A stretch of DNA of 64,000 nucleotides from Tubiluchus corallicola (Eukaryota; Animalia; Priapulida): the NCBI GenBank assembly GCA_030141605.1, contig JAQGDQ010000712.1, positions 44,665 to 108,664 on the forward strand, read 5' to 3'. Below, in pieces: positions 54,001-60,000 of the stretch; positions within the stretch are counted from its first letter, which is position 1, and every line of letters starts with the position of its first letter. A program made the position numbers and the translations under genes. The notes below the pieces were generated by a model, which searched no databases, had not been told where the DNA came from, and saw only the letters and a list, made by a program, of their open reading frames with translations.

Positions 54001-57000
54001 ATAGAAGCAAGTGTTATAAAAACTTTATAACAATTTGTAAGTTGAACATTTTCTTGCAGGATTTGTTGTGGTTGATTTGGTGACATCGTGTGGATCGGAC
54101 GGGCACAGTATGGCACTCACTGAAAGCGGCGAAGTGTTTAGCTGGGGCGATGGCGATTACGGCAAATTAGGCCACGGCAACAGCGACCGACAGCGACGTC
54201 CACGGCAGATAGAGGCACTTCAGGGAGAAGAAGTTGTTCATGTGAGTGTTGCTTTGCACCTACTAGTTTAAGGAGGTGTCTTAGGATCGAACAATTACCT
54301 TTATTATGTGAGACCAGGCCTATAACAATATCAGTGTCGGCTTACAATTACAATTATGTATGATCTGATTATCTATGTCACCTTATCAAACTCTCAGAAC
54401 AGCTTTATATGCTTTCAAATTTGTTTTTAAGTTATTGTTTTATTTTTGTAAAGCATGTTTGTTTATCAACGATGCTTTTCCTTAAGGGTAATGGGAAGGA
54501 GATATTTCCCCTTTTGAATTTAAGCAAATGAAGCACATTCTTATCATTACCATTTTTCTAACATTGAAACATAAAATATATTTTTGGTATTTTATAAATG
54601 GCTTGTGCATTAATTACAGCTGCCTAGCATCACACTTTAATATTATAAATTAATAATAAATTTTTCATTTCACCAAAAACAGTAATGCCTCTCTTAAAAA
54701 GGATGGTGGTTTTAAACCTACAATGTGCTGAGATTGTAAACACTTAGGTTTAGGTTAGGTAGGAGTTTTCCCGTGTGACAAAGCACTTTTTTGTAACCTG
54801 ACAGATTTTGTTGAATGTGCTTAAGTTAAATTTGTTGTTTTATATAGATGGCGTGTGGGTTTAAACACAGTGCAGTGGTAACGGCTGATGGCAAGCTCTT
54901 TACCTTTGGTAATGGTGACTACGGTCGATTGGGTCATGGAAGTACTTCAAATAAGAAACTTCCAGAACGAGTGATGGCATTGGAGATGAGCCATGTTGGA
55001 TTTGTAAATTTATTTCTAATTAATTGCATCACACTACTTTTGTACATTTTAAATTGGTTATATTGTATTAAATTAAATTAATGAATTGAATTAGATTGAA
55101 TTGGCTGTGTAAATTGAATTGAGTTCAGCTGAGTGGGTTTGAGTTGTGTTGAATTTGGTTTAATTTGATTTGATTTGATTTGTTGACTTGTGTTAGACTG
55201 AGTTGAATTGGACTGGACTGGACTGGAGTGGCCTGGGCTGCACTTGGCTGGACTAGACCGTGCTAGATTGGACTGGAATCGACTTGTACTGGACTGAACT
55301 GGGCTAGTCTTTAAATACAGAAATAGAAGAGTTATGGTCCTAAAGAGATTGGTTATGTCCATTCAGCAAATGAAAGGCGGTTCCGTTGCATTTTCAGGTT
55401 GCTTGTGGTTTGAATCATACGGTTTGTATGACCACTGATGGCAACACAGTTTGGGCTTTTGGCGATGGAGATTATGGCAAACTGGGATTGGGAAACTCAA
55501 CAGCCAAATCTTTGCCACAGGTATTGTAGATTGAAATCAGCATGCCGTGTATTTACGTTTTTTAAATGTTAATTGATTTTTATTTTTTGATACTGATTGT
55601 TTTGCAGAAAATTGAAGGCTTGTGTGGTTTGGGTGTGAAGAAGATTTGCTGTGGGACTCAGTTTACAGTCGCCTTGACGCATGATGGCAAAGTGTTTACG
55701 TTTGGACAAGGTATGTATGATTTTGTGAATTTGGAAACTAAGCAATAATTTTGCTTGTTAAGGAGATTCCTAAAAAGTCATGTCTAAGCACTTTGTTAAC
55801 AGATGTATGATAGCATTGACTGCCATGTAGACTATTTAATTATTTCATAAAATTAATTCTGTTAGTTTGTATCTTGAAATTGCACTAGTGTTATTTCTAG
55901 AAAGAATAGTCATTAGACTGCGCTATGTATCATCAATTTACTATGCCAGTAAAGTTTGTCAGGTGTAAAATTAATTATGAACATTGGAGACTTTTGATGA
56001 CTATCAAAAGATTTGTTACTATGACACCCTTAGTAAACATTTCACAATTTACCTGTGCTTAACTTCCACCAGTGTTGTAGTACTCCAGTCTCCGACTCTG
56101 ACTCCAATCGCAATTTGCTTTAGACTCAGACTTGAAGTAAATGACTCGTGACTTGATACTGACTCGAGACTTGACTAGTGTCTCGACCTGGACAGACGAT
56201 AAAATAAACAACAGTTATGCATGTTATAAGCTTATAACTAAGTAAATTACAACATTCTTACTTACTATAACATTTGAACTCACGTTGGGTCACTGTTTGT
56301 TATCTGCAGTCTTGTTTGTATATTCTACCTATAGTGAAATCATTAGTTTCTAGATGCAGGCTTACACTTGGCCACAGTGACTCGAGACTTGACTCGAACT
56401 TGGCCACAGTGACTCGAGGCTTGACTCGGACTTGGCCACAGTGACTCGAGGCTTGACTCGGACTTCACCATAGTGACTCGAGACTTGACTCGAACTTGGC
56501 CACAGTGACTCGAGGCTTGACTCGGATTTCACCACAGTGACTCGAGACTTGACTCCAACTTGGCCACAGTGACTCGAGGCTTGACTCGGACTTGGCCACA
56601 GTGACTCTAGACTTGACTCAGACTTGGCCACTGCGACTTGAGACTTGACTCAGACTTGGCCACTGTGACTCGAGGCTTGACTCGTACTTGGCCACAGTGA
56701 CTCGAGACTTGACTCAGACTTGGCCACAGTGACTTGAGGCTTGACTCGGACTTGGCCACAGTGACTCGAGGCTTGACTCAGACTTGGCCACAGTGACTAG
56801 AGGCTTGACTCGGACTTGGCCACAGTGACTCCGAGACTTGGCCACAGTGACTCGAGACTTGTCTGGGGCTTGAATACTAAGAACTTGGGACTCGAGCTGA
56901 AACACTCTACTACAACACTGACTTCCACACTACCTGCATTTCACGAAAACTGGCAAGCGCATCATTGTCAGAATCTTTTACCAACTTTAACGCTATTGGT

Positions 57001-60000
57001 TCTCGTTTTGCACCAGATCGTCTGATTGGACAACCAGAAAGTCGCAGCCGTCATCATAACAAGCCTCAGCAGGTCCCTGCATTGGCATCGGTGGTGATTG
57101 AAGACGTCTCGGTTGGTGCCGAGCACACTTTGGCTTTGACAAGTGCCGGCGATGTCTATGCTTGGGGTAACAGTGCAGACGGCCAGCTCGGTCTCGGTCA
57201 CACCCAATCCGTGAGAGAGCCGCAGTTGGTTGCTCTATTGTGTGGGAAAAATATAAAGCAAGTAAGTAGAACCTAAAAGGGAAGGAAAAGGAATTTTAAA
57301 GTATATCCCAAAGAACTTTCCATGCAACGTTATATTACTTAGTACTATGCTGACCTGCTATAAAGATTTATGAATTGAAAAAGTAAATTATGAATAATTT
57401 AAAATGTTTGTGCCGCCTGGTAAAACTGCACTGCATCACCATCACAATGTACAGCACTGATTCACCAAAAACACATTGTTTTTCTTATCGGCAATATATA
57501 GTAATTTAAACTATTGCTTAGTTTGTGAAGACTGTGCTACAGTAATGAATACTGTACCATGAATACAAATGCTCTGACTATTTTTCACATTTTACACAAT
57601 ATTATCTAAACTTGTTTCAAATAACTTACTGTTAAAATGGCTGCACCTAGCGGTTATCATGGGAGTTTAAATTCCAACAAACAAACACAACACAAACCAA
57701 AAAACAAACCAAAAAACAAAAAAACAAAACCAACAAAAAAAAAAAAACAAAACAAAAACCCAACACAACAAACACAAAAACCAAACAAAAACAAAAAACA
57801 CAAAACACACCACACACACACACAAAACAAAACAAAAACAAACCAAACTTCGTTTTATGAATGGGTCATTGTGTTCTGCTTCACTTCTTATCATATTGTT
57901 ATTTTAAAACTTTAGATAACTTGCGTGTTTTCAAGTACCGTCCATTTCATGATATTCCCTTTCATTTTTGGCACCCAGTTTTTCTAGTACACTTTAGTAC
58001 GTAGGGGTTTTTCATTAACTAAAAGCTCTGGAACATGATCTCTATTTTTTAGCAATGTGTACATGCTACAACTGATTAGTAAGGAAATTTAGAAAAGTAA
58101 TTGAGTGAATTTTTTATAGTAAGATTAGGAGTTTTGACTTATTGTACTTACAGTTAATTCTTTAAAATAGTTACTCACTCCTGACCTATGTGGCATTGAG
58201 TCTCTTTTTAAACCAACTAATCACCAAATAATCATCATCAAAAATTTTACTTGTAATGCAGTAAGTCTTTGCTTAATGCTAATGCATTCCAGCAAAATGC
58301 GACTTTAAGGGAAACGTCATTAAACGAAACCAAAACTTCCATAGAATGTAATGTGAAAGAATTGAGGTACGTTCCAGAAACAAAAATCAATGCTGCTGTT
58401 TCTTTGTGGTTTCTGCTAATTAATTTCTTTCTGCTTTCTTGAAACCACCTATCTTTCTTACCAATACGTACCTAGCTGGTGGTTTCTCTTTCATTAAGGT
58501 TTAAGCGTAGGCAACCATTAAACAATAAGCACTGCAGTGGCAAAGCCAAGGAAACCCTTGGAAATTGTATCACACCAGAGCACTGTATCGTTTACTGCGT
58601 AGTCTGGTTGCTATGGGAACAGGTTGCAGGTAGAATTACTTTGCACAAAGTTTGTTCAGAGGTCTGCTTGATAGAAACTGCAGTTAGCATGGTAGTCAGT
58701 CAGGAAGCAAAAAGATGTATAATAATTGCACTGTTTACATTACTAAAGCACTTTTAAAATGCAATATGTGCCATTTTAATGCTTCAAATTAAGTAAAAAA
58801 GTTGTTGATATAGTGAAAATTGGCTTTCAGCAAAGTGAAATAAAACGTGCGCCATTAAGTGAGAAAAAAGTATCAAATGCTCAGTGTCGTTAAAACCAAA
58901 TGTCGCTAAACGAAGAGTTGCGTAGTTTAAAACCTACAGTAAATGCATGTTCTGACTTGCTTGTTTTAGATTTCTGCTGGTAAAACTCACAGCGCAGCAT
59001 GGACCGCTCCAAAGCAACCGCGACGAGCACCCGGGACACCCGTCCCTCTTCAGTTAGGTATAGTGATATACTTTGCTTCTCATTTGAGTATTATGAATGC
59101 TTTTCCCTGTATTAAATTTCTAGATAGTGATACTACTGATGTGTAGCTGATGAAATACCTAAAATTTTTGCTGGAATTTGTTGATTCTTTTCTTCATTTC
59201 CTAAAGCAAGAAATAAACATAACTTCCTGTATATGAGAAATTGCATTTTCTTTCAAATTGTATGTCAGCTTTTCAAGATTAATGAGTTGTCACAGATGAA
59301 ATATATTATTTTCTAAATTTATTTCAATTTTGTGTTGAAGCCTGAAAAAACTATTGTTTAACTAGTGATAATGATAAATAGTGAGCTGCTTGCTTTATTC
59401 GATCAGTGCAGTTTTTCAAGGTTTGACCATGATGAGCATCCTAGGTGAAATTGTTTTTTATACTCAGCTTCAGGTACTCTGTGCACCTACAGCTGCAGCA
59501 ACAAGTTTACTGAGTGTTGTTGGCATTTTTTGTTTCACATTTTGCAACAAACATATTTACCTGCTGCTTCATTACTTTATCTGTAGACCTCTATTTAAAC
59601 AAATCAAGTGTTCCTTGTGCCACAAATGTTTAAACATTTGTTGGTACTGTACTTTAGTTTATATTGTAATCATGGATTATTTTTAATATCTGTTATAACT
59701 CTTTCTAACTATCAGCCACATGTCGTTATATCACTACTAATTCTGGTGACCTAATGTAAATTTGCTTCATAGGTTTCCAATGCCAAATATAACGTTATAA
59801 TTTGAACATTGCATGAATTACACATTGAATTTATGTACTTCTGATGTTCAAGAATTGTGATGATGTTGCGGAATAAAGGTAATTGAATTGAGTTGAATAC
59901 TAATTATATATCTAAATGTTTTGTTATGACAGGTTTGCCAACGAGTGTACCGCCACAGTTCTCTGCACTAAAAGATTGTGATATCAACACTGTGTGCTCA

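Noticed and set aside
56366-56860. CRISPR-like appearance of ~31-bp repeats
   Set aside because: Head-to-tail units with no unique spacers, no cas genes, eukaryotic intron.
56362-56905. Minus-strand ORFs with repeated [12 protein letters not shown] peptides
   Set aside because: Translation of the 31-bp minisatellite, not a gene.
57637-57915. K/N/Q/T-rich and F/V/C-rich ORFs
   Set aside because: Products of the A/C-only low-complexity tract.
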